A stretch of 62,971 bases of DNA, filler included, from Licmophora abbreviata (GCA_900291995.1; 17 parts of 17 records of this genome joined end to end with filler, not necessarily neighbours in it), one strand, 5' to 3'; positions 1 through 12,456 are shown, numbered from the whole stretch's first letter. Notes: a model not told the origin generated them from the letters alone. Translations and numbers: made by a program.

Positions 1-176
1 CAGCACCCCAAGAAACGAGCACAAAAAAGAAGAGTGGTTGGGGTTTCTAGCTTTGTAATTATAACAAAAGCAAAAGGGCAGCTACCATATGCTAAGTACT
101 ACTTATCTGTCAGACTCGCCGCTACTGCTATCCTCATGCAAAGATACCATCGTTCCGCAGTACGTCCAATACCTGG

Positions 177-2033
177 TCAAATCCCGTGTTCCAACTGCGA
201 ACTCGTTTCAAACACCGGTCGGAATTTGGTATTAGTCGATTCCCCAAACAAGACAGGTTTGGTCGTCGCCTTTCCTTGTGCATCAATCTTGACGAGCGTC
301 GCCTCGCACCTCAAATCCCGGAGTGCCGCATAGGCTTCGTCCACACTGCCCTGATGCCTTCCCGCGATGCGCCGCAAGACATCTTCCGCACCACTCTCCA
401 AGAGAGCTTCTCGGAGACTAGGGTTTTCCGCACTGCGACTCACCAGATTGCGGAGAGCCAAACATCCTTGTCTCTGAACCAATACATTGTCTGGATGCTT
501 CTTCATGGCTGTTAGTATGTTCACGTGCAAATAATGTTGCAGAACAATGGACTCGGCATTGCGCGGTTTGCGCAATGCCATGGCTGCCAGTGTAGCACAC
601 GCATGTTCCTGTACCAGTGCGCTCGTCCTAGCACTACTAGTAGTAGGAGAACAACTCTTCACCATGGCAGACTGGAGTGCTGGCAAGACGCTGTGAAAGT
701 CATTCGATCCCAAACACAGAGTCGTCTTGATGTCATCATTGGCCGAGAGGTTGCGCAAAAGTCCCAGTGCAGCAGCGTGCAGGTCCAGCAGAGCAGTAGA
801 ATCATTAGAATCGGTCCACGACAATGCCTGCTCTGCATACTGGAGCACCCCAGCCGCTACAAGACTCTGTACCAAGTCATCTTGAATGGCCAAGACCCGC
901 AGTGCGGAAAGAACTGTGGTGATCAATACGAGCGTGTTGTCCTTGCTGGATTCATCGTCATGATCATTGGAACAAAACTCCACACGCTCCAGGATACCCA
1001 TGAGGGCAGGTACCGCCCCGGCGTGTGCCAGTTCCAAAACATGACCGTGTGCCGAACTGACGGTTGGGGTTTGAATTGAATGAGTGGAAGTGTTGTCGCT
1101 TCGAAAGTCATCAAACTTGCACAAGACTGTAATGAGTCTTGCAGCATGAAGAGGGGTGGCGTCGTTTGTGTTGTCGGATAATTTCTTCAGAAGACTGTCC
1201 ATGCCTGTATGAATGCCAGAGGTAGTAGTAGTAGAAGAAGTAGTGGTTTTACAGCTTTTCAATGCCTGCACGAGTGCGACCTTGTTGGCTTCATGGAAAC
1301 GACACGACACGTAGGCCAACTGCAGCAGCAGAAGAGTAGAATGGTTGTCATGTTGACATTGCTCCCAGAGACGACCCCATGTGGTGTGAATGGCTTGTGT
1401 CATGATATCTCGAAAGAACTGTTGAATCTCGTGAATACGACGTGCGTTGTGGTGTTGTTGAGTACTAGTAGTCGTACTAGTACTAGTAGACGTACAGGGC
1501 GTCAAGGTGAGCACGAGGGTGGCGAGTGTTTGCTGAAAGATAGTAGTGGTGGAGTCAGGATGGTCGATTGTTGGTTGTCCCATAAAAGACAAGAGTGTGT
1601 AAAATGCGTCGTGGTGGTGGATGAGAGTAAGGTAGGCAAGTGTGGATGACTTGTCCGAGTGAGAACACGCTTGTTGAATCAGCTGGAGACTCTTCCGTAC
1701 CTCCTCTAGTTTCTCAGCATCGTCGTCCAACACCACACGTCCAGTCGCACTCGACACAGAAGCGTCCAGCGTTTCCAATGCTTGGACAAAGTCGTGTCTC
1801 TCCTGACGCTCCTTCAAGCCTTCTGTGGAGTGTGGGTGAGACAAGCACAGGTGGGAAAGAAGGAGCGGTGCTGCAGTAGAAGTGTTTTGTTCACCATCAC
1901 TAGTAGTCAGCCAAGCACTCTTTTGATACTGCTCCATGGTCTCTTGCACGGCGCCGTCTGGGTCGAGATCAAAGCATTCTTCATTTTCCAGCACGCTTTC
2001 GTCGAAGGCAGACTGCGAGATGGTAAACATCAT
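177..2033 (-). CDS. ARMC6: Armadillo repeat-containing protein 6-like
   Basis: 618-aa ORF; N-terminus TISQSAFDESVLENEECFDL..AVQET and C-terminal ARM repeats (ACATLAAMALRKPRN, QGCLALRNLVSR, AYAALRDL) resemble ARMC6. Confidence 0.8.
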   Translation of the reverse strand: MMFTISQSAFDESVLENEECFDLDPDGAVQETMEQYQKSAWLTTSDGEQNTSTAAPLLLSHLCLSHPHSTEGLKERQERHDFVQALETLDASVSSATGRVVLDDDAEKLEEVRKSLQLIQQACSHSDKSSTLAYLTLIHHHDAFYTLLSFMGQPTIDHPDSTTTIFQQTLATLVLTLTPCTSTSTSTTTSTQQHHNARRIHEIQQFFRDIMTQAIHTTWGRLWEQCQHDNHSTLLLLQLAYVSCRFHEANKVALVQALKSCKTTTSSTTTTSGIHTGMDSLLKKLSDNTNDATPLHAARLITVLCKFDDFRSDNTSTHSIQTPTVSSAHGHVLELAHAGAVPALMGILERVEFCSNDHDDESSKDNTLVLITTVLSALRVLAIQDDLVQSLVAAGVLQYAEQALSWTDSNDSTALLDLHAAALGLLRNLSANDDIKTTLCLGSNDFHSVLPALQSAMVKSCSPTTSSARTSALVQEHACATLAAMALRKPRNAESIVLQHYLHVNILTAMKKHPDNVLVQRQGCLALRNLVSRSAENPSLREALLESGAEDVLRRIAGRHQGSVDEAYAALRDLRCEATLVKIDAQGKATTKPVLFGESTNTKFRPVFETSSQLEHGI

Positions 2034-2117
2034 TCCAGAGGCAAGGCACTGAGCAAGTAAATCGAAAATGAAGGCGGTTTCTCCTCACACCATTGTCATC
2101 GCAGCATCACAATTTCA

Positions 2118-2148
2118 AATTCACAATTCACAATTCACAATTCACAAT
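2118..2148. repeat. (AATTCAC)4 heptamer microsatellite in the divergent intergenic region
   Basis: Four tandem AATTCAC units read directly. Confidence 0.9.
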
Positions 2149-2367
2149 GCTAATGAGAGGTCTACCCATTCTCTGTCGTTTCTAACAAATAGCTCGTACA
2201 TCGTTCAGATACATCCGGGTTTTCTTGAATTTTGGAAATAAGCTGGAAATTGGAAATTCACCACAAGCACACCGACACTGGACATGCCGTTGCTGCCGCC
2301 GTCTTGTGTCCTCGCTAGACTTGGACTCTTCACTCTTTCACTTCCTTTCCTCTAGTCACATCACACC

Positions 2368-2701
2368 ATGTCTTCCAAGTCCGCCGCAGCCGCCGCAGGC
2401 CACTCGCTGTGGACCAAAACTCCCAAAGTCAACGCCGAACTCTTCGCCTTGACCTACGGCTCCCTCATTGGCGAACTCTTCAAGGACAACGACGATGTCG
2501 ACAGCATCCACACTCAACTCACACTCATGGGAACTTCCATGGGAGTCCGTATGATGGACGAGTTCCTTGCCAAGTCCACCTCCACGGACAACCTCCAGCC
2601 CTGTACCAATCTCACGGAAGCCTGTCATACACTCGCCAAGAGTGCCTGTCGCATGATGCTCGGTGTCTCCTGCGATGTCGTGGTGCACAACAACGACAGC
2701 A
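2368..2701 (+). CDS. BET3: TRAPP complex subunit BET3/TRAPPC3, 3'-truncated by gap
   Basis: KVNAELFALTYGSL..MG.SMGVRMMDEFLAK motif typical of Bet3. Confidence 0.9.
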
Positions 2702-2801
2702 NNNNNNNNNNNNNNNNNNNNNNNNNNNNNNNNNNNNNNNNNNNNTTAATTAATTAANNNNNNNNNNNNNNNNNNNNNNNNNNNNNNNNNNNNNNNNNNN
2801 N
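2702..2801. other. Artificial 100-nt contig spacer (N-run + TTAATTAATTAA + N-run); 16 such spacers in the window
   Basis: Identical six-frame-stop linker at about 2746, 6983, 9311, 11533, 13675, 15033, 16195, 21169, 22619, 26069, 29309, 32649, 44781, 48986, 51269 and 61831. Confidence 0.98.
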
Positions 2802-5454
2802 CTTGGCCCAACGTTTAATCATGGAGGCCAGAACACGCGTCACCACGTGGACTTGGGAATACGTCAATAGGAGCGATGTATTGAGGCATGCAAGGGGGTT
2901 CTGCATGCTTAGATCGCACTCGACATAGCTATCCTCGCCTTCGCTTGCCATTGGGCGGGGGCAGGTAAACATGAGAATCGGGATGCGTGCCGTCAAGCGA
3001 TCTGAATTGACGTCTTTCATCCCGCTCTTTTCAAAGAGAGTTCCAAGTTTTGACATCGCAATCGCGCCAGTCGTGTCGTCCTTGTTCGCCAGACTCGTGT
3101 TTGGGGGTAACTGCAGGCACATGTCGATGTCCGAAGTGGGGGACCTGTGGCAAATGAAAAGGCAAGTTAGGTTGAATGGCGGGATTCCAACAAAGTCAAA
3201 GTCCACGTCACTAAAACGTACCCGAAGCCGTTGGCGGATGATCCAAACACAATGACCTTGGTTCCGGCGGGGAACGCTTCGCAGGAATTGACGACGCTCT
3301 CGACATGTGAGCGCACAAGTTCGCGTTGCCGATGAATACGCTCGTTTACAAAGTATTTTTGTTGATAGAGCTGCCCCATGGATGCGGACAGAGTGTTGAA
3401 TGTTTCCACGGCGCTAGGTCTCATCTGTCTCTCGCTGCCGGGTTGTCCTTGCAAGAGGATTTCTTCGAGTGAATAGCGTGTCGGAATGAAACCAAGTGAT
3501 TCAGTCTGCATCTGCTTGCGACTGGCCGCACATCTCTCAAACTGTAGTGCTGTCACGGGCAGCGGAACATGGTCTATGTTGAACGATGATTCCTCGTTGG
3601 CGAGATTGAAAGGACTCGGGGCAAACGTCTCGCAGAGCGGACACCAGAGTTCCAGCTCCAGTCGCAACATGACGATATGATCTCGCTTCAAGAGAAGAGA
3701 CATGGCTCGGTTCGTTGCCACGACTTTGAGGACAGCGGCAAAGGCACCTTGCGCATCGCGCCACTTTCGTTTGGCAGCTGCTTGTCCACCTAAGAAGATC
3801 CTCGTCTTATCACGTATTTTTGCTTCCAATCCCTCATTGTCGTCGATTCCATGTTCTCCCTCGTCAAGGTCTGTGGACGGAGCACCGCCTTCCCTTTCTT
3901 CCTGGACGGCTTTCATTTCTTCGATTTCTTTTTCTTGCTTCAAAGCCTTCTCCATCGTTTTCGTATACTCCCCTCGGCACGCTTCCAGGACTTTGCGAGA
4001 CTCGCAGATACACCCCCAAGCTGCGCGCCCACCACCATCGTAACGCCGCCCAGCAGAAGGCCGAAAGTTTTCGAGAACCAGCACCAGCGAATGCAGCGAC
4101 GATAATCCAGTTCCTTTCTTGGCTCTTAAGTTCGACAGAATGAATCGCAATGTGGTTTCAAGTTCAGCTTCTGTCACTTCGACTTTCAGTGTAGGTCCCG
4201 TCGCTAAAGTGTGCAAGGGCTTGTTTGCCCAGTAGAGCCGAAAGACCACATTCCCCGGCGTACGTGGCGCATAAAAGGGCACTGTCCCCCATACAATATC
4301 CTTTTGTCCGTCCACCTGAAAGCGCCGCGCCATTTTGGAAATAATGGACTGGGTCTCTCCATTTTCTGTGCAGCCACGTCGAAACAGTCCCACGGACAAC
4401 GTATCGAGTGCCTCCTCAATAGACGTATTGGGACTCGAAACTTGTTGGCGGAGATACTTCAATGGAAGCATCCACTTTGCTGTAAGTTCCTGTCGTGGTC
4501 GTACTTCCAACGCATGATCGTATCCCATATTGTTGGCCAGAAGCCGTCCCGGCTGCTGCTCGATGCGTGTCCAAAGCCGTTTCGGCATATATCTCGGCTT
4601 GGGTGTCGGTGTTTCTGGGGGGAATATCGACGGGGTGTCAGGTGCTGGCGTCTCTGGAATACGTTCCACCTGGTCAATGGACGATGGGGTCATGGGTTTC
4701 GAAATATCTGGTGGAGTGGAGAGAAAGCTGCCGCTAGTCTGTGGTGATCGATCGATAGGGGGAAGCACGGACATCACTCCAAGAGGCGCTACTATCGGTG
4801 ACGCCACGAGTGGCTGATGTGCGCTCTTCTTGGGTGACATACCAATGGGAGCACGTGGCGGAGTAGTCTGAGAATGGGCCACAACATGCACAATTGGATC
4901 CTCTTTCATCACCAAGTTATCCAAACGGCTGACCAGATCATCCTCTCTGACCTCAGGTGACAGCGGCGTGAGGGAACCGGCATTGGGAATGGGAGCATAT
5001 TCTGGTAAAGCAGAACGGGTATCCGTCGTGGTATTGTCCTTCCCCGATTCCTTTCGCTGTAAAAACTCAAGGGCGGCCCGGAGAAAGGCTCGTTGTCCAG
5101 CGTCAGAGTCGTTTGACTGAAACCGCTGGTGTATCGAAAGCGCCTCAGGATCCTCATTCCTTATGTAGGGTGAAAACGCAATAAGTACGTCCTGCAAGAA
5201 AGAGAGGAAAACGAATGAATACTTCATCACGAGACTGCATTTCCTGCTACAAACGCACACGATCACTCGGTTTTGTGGACATGCAGAATCAATCCATCGT
5301 TCAAACTCACTTCATCGCGCATGCTGGGATCGCCGGAGTCTGACGGCCTGCTTGATCTTGCATTTTTGCCTCCTCTGGAACGACCTCCTCTTCCGCCTCG
5401 TGATCCACGGCCGCCTCCTCGTCCCCTGGAAGACTTGCGTTTTGGAGAAGACAT
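2802..5454 (-). CDS. Cid1/TUTase-like non-canonical poly(A)/poly(U) polymerase, 3 exons, 3'-truncated
   Basis: Predicted GT-AG introns 5310-5192 and 3221-3145; splicing restores FGSSANGFGSPTSDIDMC (GS..DxD); ARIPIL, CDLS and NTSLL..Y motifs follow. Confidence 0.85.
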
Positions 5455-5825
5455 CGTCCCGGAAGCAATGGGACGTCTAAACAGATGATGACTCGACTGT
5501 CCCTTATGATCTGTTTCGGTGCGTGTTTTGTTGACTGTTGTCTTTTGGATTTTTTATGTTTTCGAAATTATTTGAAATTCGTTCAATAGACCTCTTCAAC
5601 TGTCAAATTCCAAATTCCACATTCCATTCAGCTTGAGACATTATTCCGGACGGTAGGCATTCAAACATAAACTGTCAGTTAGGCCCAAGGACATTTCCGA
5701 CGATAAGCGCCGGCAGAGCGCGTGATGCATACAGGCATATTTTTTGTCGCTCGGCGGTGCATGTCCATTCACCGTTCACACTACTCGTATTGTACCCGGT
5801 GTTGCACTACCTACAACCATCATCA

Positions 5826-6938
5826 TGGCGATTCTCCGTCACAGGCCGCTCCTGGTGGCAGTGATATGTGCTTTCGTGTTTGTTTTCAATGTCGGAATCC
5901 GCAAGGTCGAAATTTGGGAACTGGGGAAAATACGGCATATACAATGGAGTCCGTCATTATTTCATGACTCGTCGTCATCTATGCCTGTCATGCGACGACG
6001 GCTTGTCCGACAAAGCAGTCGAGCAGTGGATGGAAACCATCGTCGCAGCCAGAATCGAGAATTTCAAAAAGACTTTATACATACAAACGAGCTGGTTGGA
6101 ATGAGGACGGAAACGAGTATGGTCTTCAAGAATTCCATCTTGCGCACTGCGAATGATGGAGACGAGGACGAGGATGCTGATGTTGAAACCGAAGAAGAGG
6201 GAAAAGAAACACGGAGCGTCGTCAAACAATCAGAACGCAATGAAACTGTGCCAGACAAAGTTGAGGCTGAGGTATCTCAGGCTGCGAGCGCAACAGAATC
6301 GGCTGGACCAGACACGAAGGAATCAAGAGAATTCGTCAAAAAGTCTGATCGAAGTCAGACTTCAGGAGGCAATGAGAATATGGAGATGGGAGACGTGCAT
6401 TCCGGTCCCGCAAAAAATATGGGAGCGAAAGATTCTGACGGGATCAAAAAGGAACCCAGTGACAGGCGATGGGAGGATGAATCAACTTCGCTGCGATCTA
6501 TGTGCCGAAGGGTTGGATGTACACATGATGAGCTCCTGGACTACCTGGGGCCTACTGGGACTGCTTCGCCAGCATCAGCTCCGACTCCTCCACCTTCTCG
6601 AGTCGGAGAGGGTCGACCGGTCTCAGATAATCGATCTCAACGACCATCGGCAGTTTCGAGTGGCGTACCCAGTGCCACACCCAGCATCGACTACAATGCG
6701 GCGCCCAGCGTCAGTCAGCCTAGCTTGACGGTCCTGCCCAGTACCGCGCCCAGCGCCATGCCCAGTGTCGATCAAAGTCCCAAGACCAGTGAGCCTAGCT
6801 TGACCGTCATGCCCAGTACCGCGCCCAGCGCTATGCCCAGTATCGATCAAAGTCCCAAGACCAGTGAGCCTAGCTTGACCGTCGTGCCCAGTACTGCGCC
6901 CAGCGCCATGCCCAGTATCGATCAAAGTCCCAAGACCA
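5826..6938 (+). CDS. Membrane-anchored or secreted Ser/Pro/Thr-rich protein, 3'-truncated
   Basis: Long ORF with an N-terminal hydrophobic segment (LLVAVICAFVFVF) and C-terminal PS repeats. Confidence 0.65.
6713..6938 (+). repeat. 75-bp coding tandem repeat, at least 3 copies (S[QE]PSLTVxPSTAPSAMPS[VI]DQSPKT)
   Basis: Units start at 6713, 6788 and 6863 and run into the contig end. Confidence 0.95.
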
Positions 6939-7038
6939 NNNNNNNNNNNNNNNNNNNNNNNNNNNNNNNNNNNNNNNNNNNNTTAATTAATTAANNNNNN
7001 NNNNNNNNNNNNNNNNNNNNNNNNNNNNNNNNNNNNNN

Positions 7039-7389
7039 AGTTTCGTTCACGTTGGAGGGCGTATCACTTGGCTCTGTGTTCTTGGGGCTGGCTTCGTTTT
7101 CATCGGTGGCGGGCTGCTCTTGTGACGTCGTTCCGGCGGCGTTATTGTCGCCACCGCTGCCTTCCTTGCTGATGGGAAAATCTTTAGGCTCCACTTGGTG
7201 AGAATCATCTTCGGCTGTTTTCTTGCTACTCATCTCGGTCGTGGAAATTGGATCGCTGGGCTTGCCCCCGCTGCTTTGATTAGTGCTCAAATGCAGGGCG
7301 TGGAAACGTCTTTGTTTCCCCAAGCCCACGAGTCGCGCTTGGGCGCTTGGAGAGAGTAGAAGGACAGAAACAATGGATGAAATCTTCAT
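7039..7389 (-). CDS. Secreted low-complexity protein, 3'-truncated
   Basis: Signal-peptide-like MKISSIVSVLLLSPSAQA followed by a polar tract. Confidence 0.5.
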
Positions 7390-7962
7390 TTTGCATTTGG
7401 GAGTTTGTACCGCTGTTGCCAGGGGGGGATTTTGTGCAAACAAAGACACGCGACCCGCAATCGGGGTCTGCAATTTCTACGACCATGGTCGGCTGCGTGA
7501 AGATGAAACACATTCAATTGTGCTGGATGTTTTATGGACATGTGCTAGATACTTCTGAAAGGCATGGAAGACTGACGAGGGCATAGTCACGACTGATAGC
7601 AGTAGTTCCGGGATATGGGTGGGCCTAATCGGTTTGTAATCCTACGCATGATTTTTTTGGTTGGTGCGTTTTTCTAGGTTTCTGGTCTGGGCATAGGATT
7701 GACAAGATACTCATGGGTCAGTCTGGCAGAGTGAGTCGGAACTTCCAAAAATGTGAGCTTGATTTTGCCTTTGGGTCATCTGGAGGCATAATTGGATCAG
7801 ATTCATGCACATTATGTCTCTCTTGTTCGCCTCACTTATGGCTATTACTCCCGGCGCGCTTGTGAACTCAGAATGTCCCTCTGGACCAACTGAACTGCTT
7901 TTCTCAACTTGAAACTCTCTTCGATCGTCTCTCCTCCATGATGTCGTACGTCGAAGGTCACG

Positions 7963-10784
7963 ATGCGATCGGTATCTCAAAAAGAGCTACTAGTCCTTCT
8001 CTTTACTGTCTTTGCATTCCGAGAAGAAGCATGCCATGCCGCAAGGGACGAACGAGTGCTCACAACAGGTGCTGGAGAAGAACGGCGAACGAAGAAGTTG
8101 CGACGACGAAGGGTTGAGGAGGTGTGGACGGTACATCAGCAGCAGGAGAAAGACTATCGGAGGATCATACATTGGGTAGAGCAGCAAGGAATTAAGTATG
8201 GTGATGGGGAACCATTGGTCTACGGAACCACAGATCAAATGAATCCTGAGTCCAATACGCGGCCAGAGGAACTATGTACATCCCAGGACTGCTCCGACCA
8301 GACCATGCCGGAGTACATTGATCATCACTCAAACAGGCCATCAGCTGCGCCCACGAGCGATTCAGCGGATCAATACAGCAACCCTCATCCGCTGACGTTC
8401 TCTCCGACGTTCAACCCCGCAGAGCAGCCTAGCGTTGTACCGACTGGGATGGGCGACGAGACGTTTCTACCGTCGAGTCCCGGGGAATCGGAAGCGCCAT
8501 CTGCACTGCCGACTTTGTCGCCAGAAGCGATAACGGCATCTCCAAGTAGGAATCAGGGGACGATAGTGCCTACCAGTTCTCCTGTCGATACGTTGGCTCC
8601 TTCTGTTGCAGAGGTAGACTCAACTGCTCCGGTTGTTATCCTCATGTTGCCAACAATAGCTCCTTTTGGTACGACACCAGTACCGATATCTATGGAGCCG
8701 TCCCAAGCACCAACCTCTAGTGCTGTTGTCACTTCATTACCGAGTGAGGTAATTTTCACATCAAGTCCTTCCTTGGCTCCCGCGGAGGCGATGTCCGATA
8801 CTATGACGCCGTCTCGAGCGTCGGCTACTAGCGTTCCGACACGCACGCAAACAACGGCTAACCCGACAATTCAGCTGAGCACAGCACCCTCGCGGAAGAA
8901 AGCGTCGAAAGAGCCATCAATAAGCCCTTCACAGATAGAAATGAACAGCTTGTTGCCTTCCGTCGCTTTGGGAACCGGTAGTCCGACAGCAGCCCCCATG
9001 GCTCCTAATCCAGAACCAACTCGCGTTGGTCGGACTAGGCCTCCGACTGCTGCCCCTGTCGAGACTCAAATACCGAGTACTATCTCTGTAGAGCCATCAA
9101 AGACCACCTCCCCCTCTGCGACGGCTACGTTGGGAACTAGCGACTCGCAAGCTCCATCGCTGATTTCAAACTCGGGCAATGGACCAAGTGTGAGCCCAGC
9201 AACAGTCTCGCCCACACAAGAGAGCCTGGCTCCAGCGTTGATACCTGCTGAAACTTTCTCGCCGATNNNNNNNNNNNNNNNNNNNNNNNNNNNNNNNNNN
9301 NNNNNNNNNNTTAATTAATTAANNNNNNNNNNNNNNNNNNNNNNNNNNNNNNNNNNNNNNNNNNNNAAACTTTCTCGCCGATCAAGGATAGTGAAGTGCC
9401 GACTTTTCCCCCTATAGAAACGCCATCCCCAACAGTTTGGCCGAGTGCATCTGCCGAAGAACCTGTTGCAATAGGCCCTACGGAGCCGCCTGTTGTTCAA
9501 CGCTCGAGTATGGCCCCTTCGCAAGCAACTGGCTCACCTGAATCTACTCCAGTCCCAACAGAAACGAAAGTCCCTCAGACTGAGAGTCCCAGTACAACTC
9601 AGCCAACCGAATCCTCTTCTGCCCCAGTTGAGATCCAGGTTACAAGTGCTCCGACCCCAGCCCCTGTCCAGACCGCCGTTGAAAGTCTGGTTCCTTCGAT
9701 AAGCGCGACGGTCCCATATTGGCAACAGATTGGATCAACTATTGAGGTTAGCAGAACAGAGCTCACTACTGACAGAGATTTCGCATCCGACATCCTTGCC
9801 ATTTCAGATGACGGGAAAGTCGTTGCTGCTGCAGCGACATTGGCGGGTATTGGCGTTGGCTATGTTCAGGTCTTCCAACTCAAGGCTCAGAGCAATGAGT
9901 GGGAGACCCTAGGCTTTGAGCTAACTAGTGAGGAGGAGCTTGAAGACCCCCATACGTTTGTGGCATTGAGTGGAGACGGATTGAGCGTTTGCGTTGGATA
10001 TTTCGGAATCTTTGGAGGACGGCAGTACATGATTCTCCGTGTTTATAACTATGGGGCGACTGGAGACTGGGAGCAACGTGGAGCAGACATCGTCAGAAGC
10101 GCAGCAGTGTCACGCACGTACGGGTGGTTTGTCGAAATGTCGACTGATGGAACTACTGTCGCCGTCGCCGGACCTTTTCAGCCTGTCCCCGGAGTCTCTG
10201 TATATGCGTTTAGCGGAGGCGGGTGGAGCCAGAAAGGTGGGCGGGTGTCAACAACGAGAGTTGAAACATCTACTGATCTGAAATGTTCGTTATCTGGCGA
10301 CGGAACAGCTTTCGGATTGACGACATCTTTGTATACGCAGATTTACCGATTCCAAGATGGCTCTTGGTCTGAGCAAGGGATAAGCCTAAGTGGTGGCGAC
10401 TCCGTGTCCCTCTCGGGTGATGGGAGGGCGGTGTCGATTGCTCGCGTGAGTGGCGCGACCGCGTATACTCTTATCGGTAATAGTCAGGAGTGGGTGCAAA
10501 CTGGGGAAGAACTCGTTAGTGATCCTGAGGATTCTCTTGCTTACTACACCGTTTCGATGGCGTCAGATGGACGAAGTCTCATCGTCACCAACGTATGGCG
10601 TGGCACTGGTAGTGTCTTCCAATTTTCGGGCAGAGAGTGGTTCAGTGTTGGGTCGAATATCGTAGTGGAGGATCCTCTGCAAGTACCCATGGTGTTATCT
10701 GCTCAGGGGAACGCAGTTGTCGCCACAACCTCTGATGGTTTGCAGGTATTTATGGATGAGGTCCCAACACCGGCGCAGGCTTAG
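7963..10784 (+). CDS. Secreted mucin-like protein with C-terminal beta-propeller-like repeats (one gene across the spacer)
   Basis: AAACTTTCTCGCCGAT occurs on both sides of the 9267-9366 spacer; merging gives a continuous frame (ETFSPIKDSEVPT). Repeats of type W.Q.G / V.LSGDG..V. Confidence 0.8.
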
Positions 10785-10935
10785 GAGAAGATAGACTACT
10801 ATTGAAATTAGAATCATCCAGGGCGAGGCCTGCTGTTTACATCTAGCCCAGTACGAAGTAGTAGACTTTTCTGAAACTGCTAGTACGAACAGAATATACC
10901 TGGTACGTTTCAAAATTTTCGACATAGTTCAATGT

Positions 10936-11364
10936 TCACGGATGGACGAAGCATTTCCCCTCGGGGTGACGGCGTAGAATGGACTGGATGTCATCTTCAA
11001 GTCCAAGCGACAAGCGATGAAGCTTTCGGCGCTCCATGTCGATATGCGCCTTGTCGGTACGAATACCATGGAGCACTCGCGACATGGGTACTCCGGTGTG
11101 GTCTTTGAGGATTTCAGAAAATGAGCATCGACGGTTGTCGTGCGGGTGGAAACCAGCGCTATGGGGGGCATGATCGCGATGCCAGTCTTCAAGCACCTGT
11201 CCCTTGTAGCGCTGCGATAAGGGATCGGTTCCCAAACACTTGGGCCTGCCTGTTATGCCGGGGATGAAGAAGCACTTCGGCTTGGACGATAAACTCTCGT
11301 GACACGAGGAAGACGAGTTGGTCAAGGATGAAAGCGAGAGGTCAAGCTCCTCAGACAGTGACAT
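10936..11364 (-). CDS. Hypothetical protein, paralogue of 11755-12456
   Basis: Shares FFIPGITGxPxCL and SRVLxGIRxDxAHxDxERxKLxRL with the neighbouring ORF. Confidence 0.7.
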   Translation of the reverse strand: MSLSEELDLSLSSLTNSSSSCHESLSSKPKCFFIPGITGRPKCLGTDPLSQRYKGQVLEDWHRDHAPHSAGFHPHDNRRCSFSEILKDHTGVPMSRVLHGIRTDKAHIDMERRKLHRLSLGLEDDIQSILRRHPEGKCFVHP

Positions 11365-11754
11365 GCTGTTCGCCTTTCTTGAAGTCGATCAGCTCGTTGA
11401 CAACAAAGAGTATGTGTCTGGTCAAGTAGTGTGGGTCGCGAAGACAAGGACTTCTTGCTTTGGTTCTAAATTTGTGACGGAAAACATCNNNNNNNNNNNN
11501 NNNNNNNNNNNNNNNNNNNNNNNNNNNNNNNNTTAATTAATTAANNNNNNNNNNNNNNNNNNNNNNNNNNNNNNNNNNNNNNNNNNNNCATCTAACTTTG
11601 ATGTGTATGATGACGAAAGTCTTAAGGGTTGACCTGCCGCCAACGGCACTTTACCCTGCGGCCCGTTTGATCCGAAAATTGTACAAAGTATGCTACTTGC
11701 GCCTCTAGAGCAAGTCTCGTTGCCATTACACGTAGCAATCACAAAAACTATGCA

Positions 11755-12456
11755 TTACTTTGGATTCTCGCTTCTAATCCTGCTATTCTGCTTTCGTTTT
11801 CGATACGAATCAGCCTTGGTCAACAATGTTCTGACCTCCTTGAGGTCGTCTGACAGCATAGCCTTGGTGTCGGAAGGAAAATGACGGGATAGCACCGACT
11901 GAATGACGTCGTCAAGCTCGCACTGGAGTCGCAAAAGCTTCACTCGTTCTTGGTCCACATGAGCACGATCGACTCTAATTCCGTTCAGAACACGAGATAT
12001 GTTGGGGTTGGAAGAAGAAGAATGTTTCAAGTGGTGTGATGGCTCTCTGCGGCGACTGGACGGACCGCAACGAGATTCGCTTGAGACTTGCTCACGGAAC
12101 GGCGTTTCGTCCAACTCCAGGCATCGCGGTTTTCCTGTGATTCCAGGAATGAAAAAGGACGATCTGAAATCGTTCCGTGGTGAACTGATGGTGTCTTCAT
12201 TCAAGGAATGCGTCCTCGCAGTGGAGCAAGTAAGTGACGACTCGCTTGCAGATGATGTCTCCCCAGATGATGAGTCGGTAGTTTCGGACAACGAGGGTTC
12301 ATCGAATACAACGTTCGTTCGTCTCGATGCGCGCCTCGGCACCGGATAGATGTACGAGCGCTGTCCGTGGTGTTCTTGGTCGAGAGAATCGGTTCGGTTC
12401 ATGGTCGAATGAAGAAGTAGTGTTGGTTGTTGGTTGTTGTTTGTGCGTCTCGGCAC
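11755..12456 (-). CDS. Hypothetical protein, paralogue of 10936-11364 (start uncertain)
   Basis: Same two conserved blocks plus DD[IV]IQS-like C-terminal helix. Confidence 0.7.
   Translation of the reverse strand: MPRRTNNNQQPTLLLHSTMNRTDSLDQEHHGQRSYIYPVPRRASRRTNVVFDEPSLSETTDSSSGETSSASESSLTCSTARTHSLNEDTISSPRNDFRSSFFIPGITGKPRCLELDETPFREQVSSESRCGPSSRRREPSHHLKHSSSSNPNISRVLNGIRVDRAHVDQERVKLLRLQCELDDVIQSVLSRHFPSDTKAMLSDDLKEVRTLLTKADSYRKRKQNSRIRSENPK

Noticed and set aside
1461..1490. AGTACTAGT palindromic repeats
   Set aside because: They encode a Thr/Ser low-complexity tract within ARMC6.
2746..2757. TTAATTAATTAA recurring 16 times, as a biological repeat
   Set aside because: It is always centred in N-runs and is a synthetic six-frame-stop linker.
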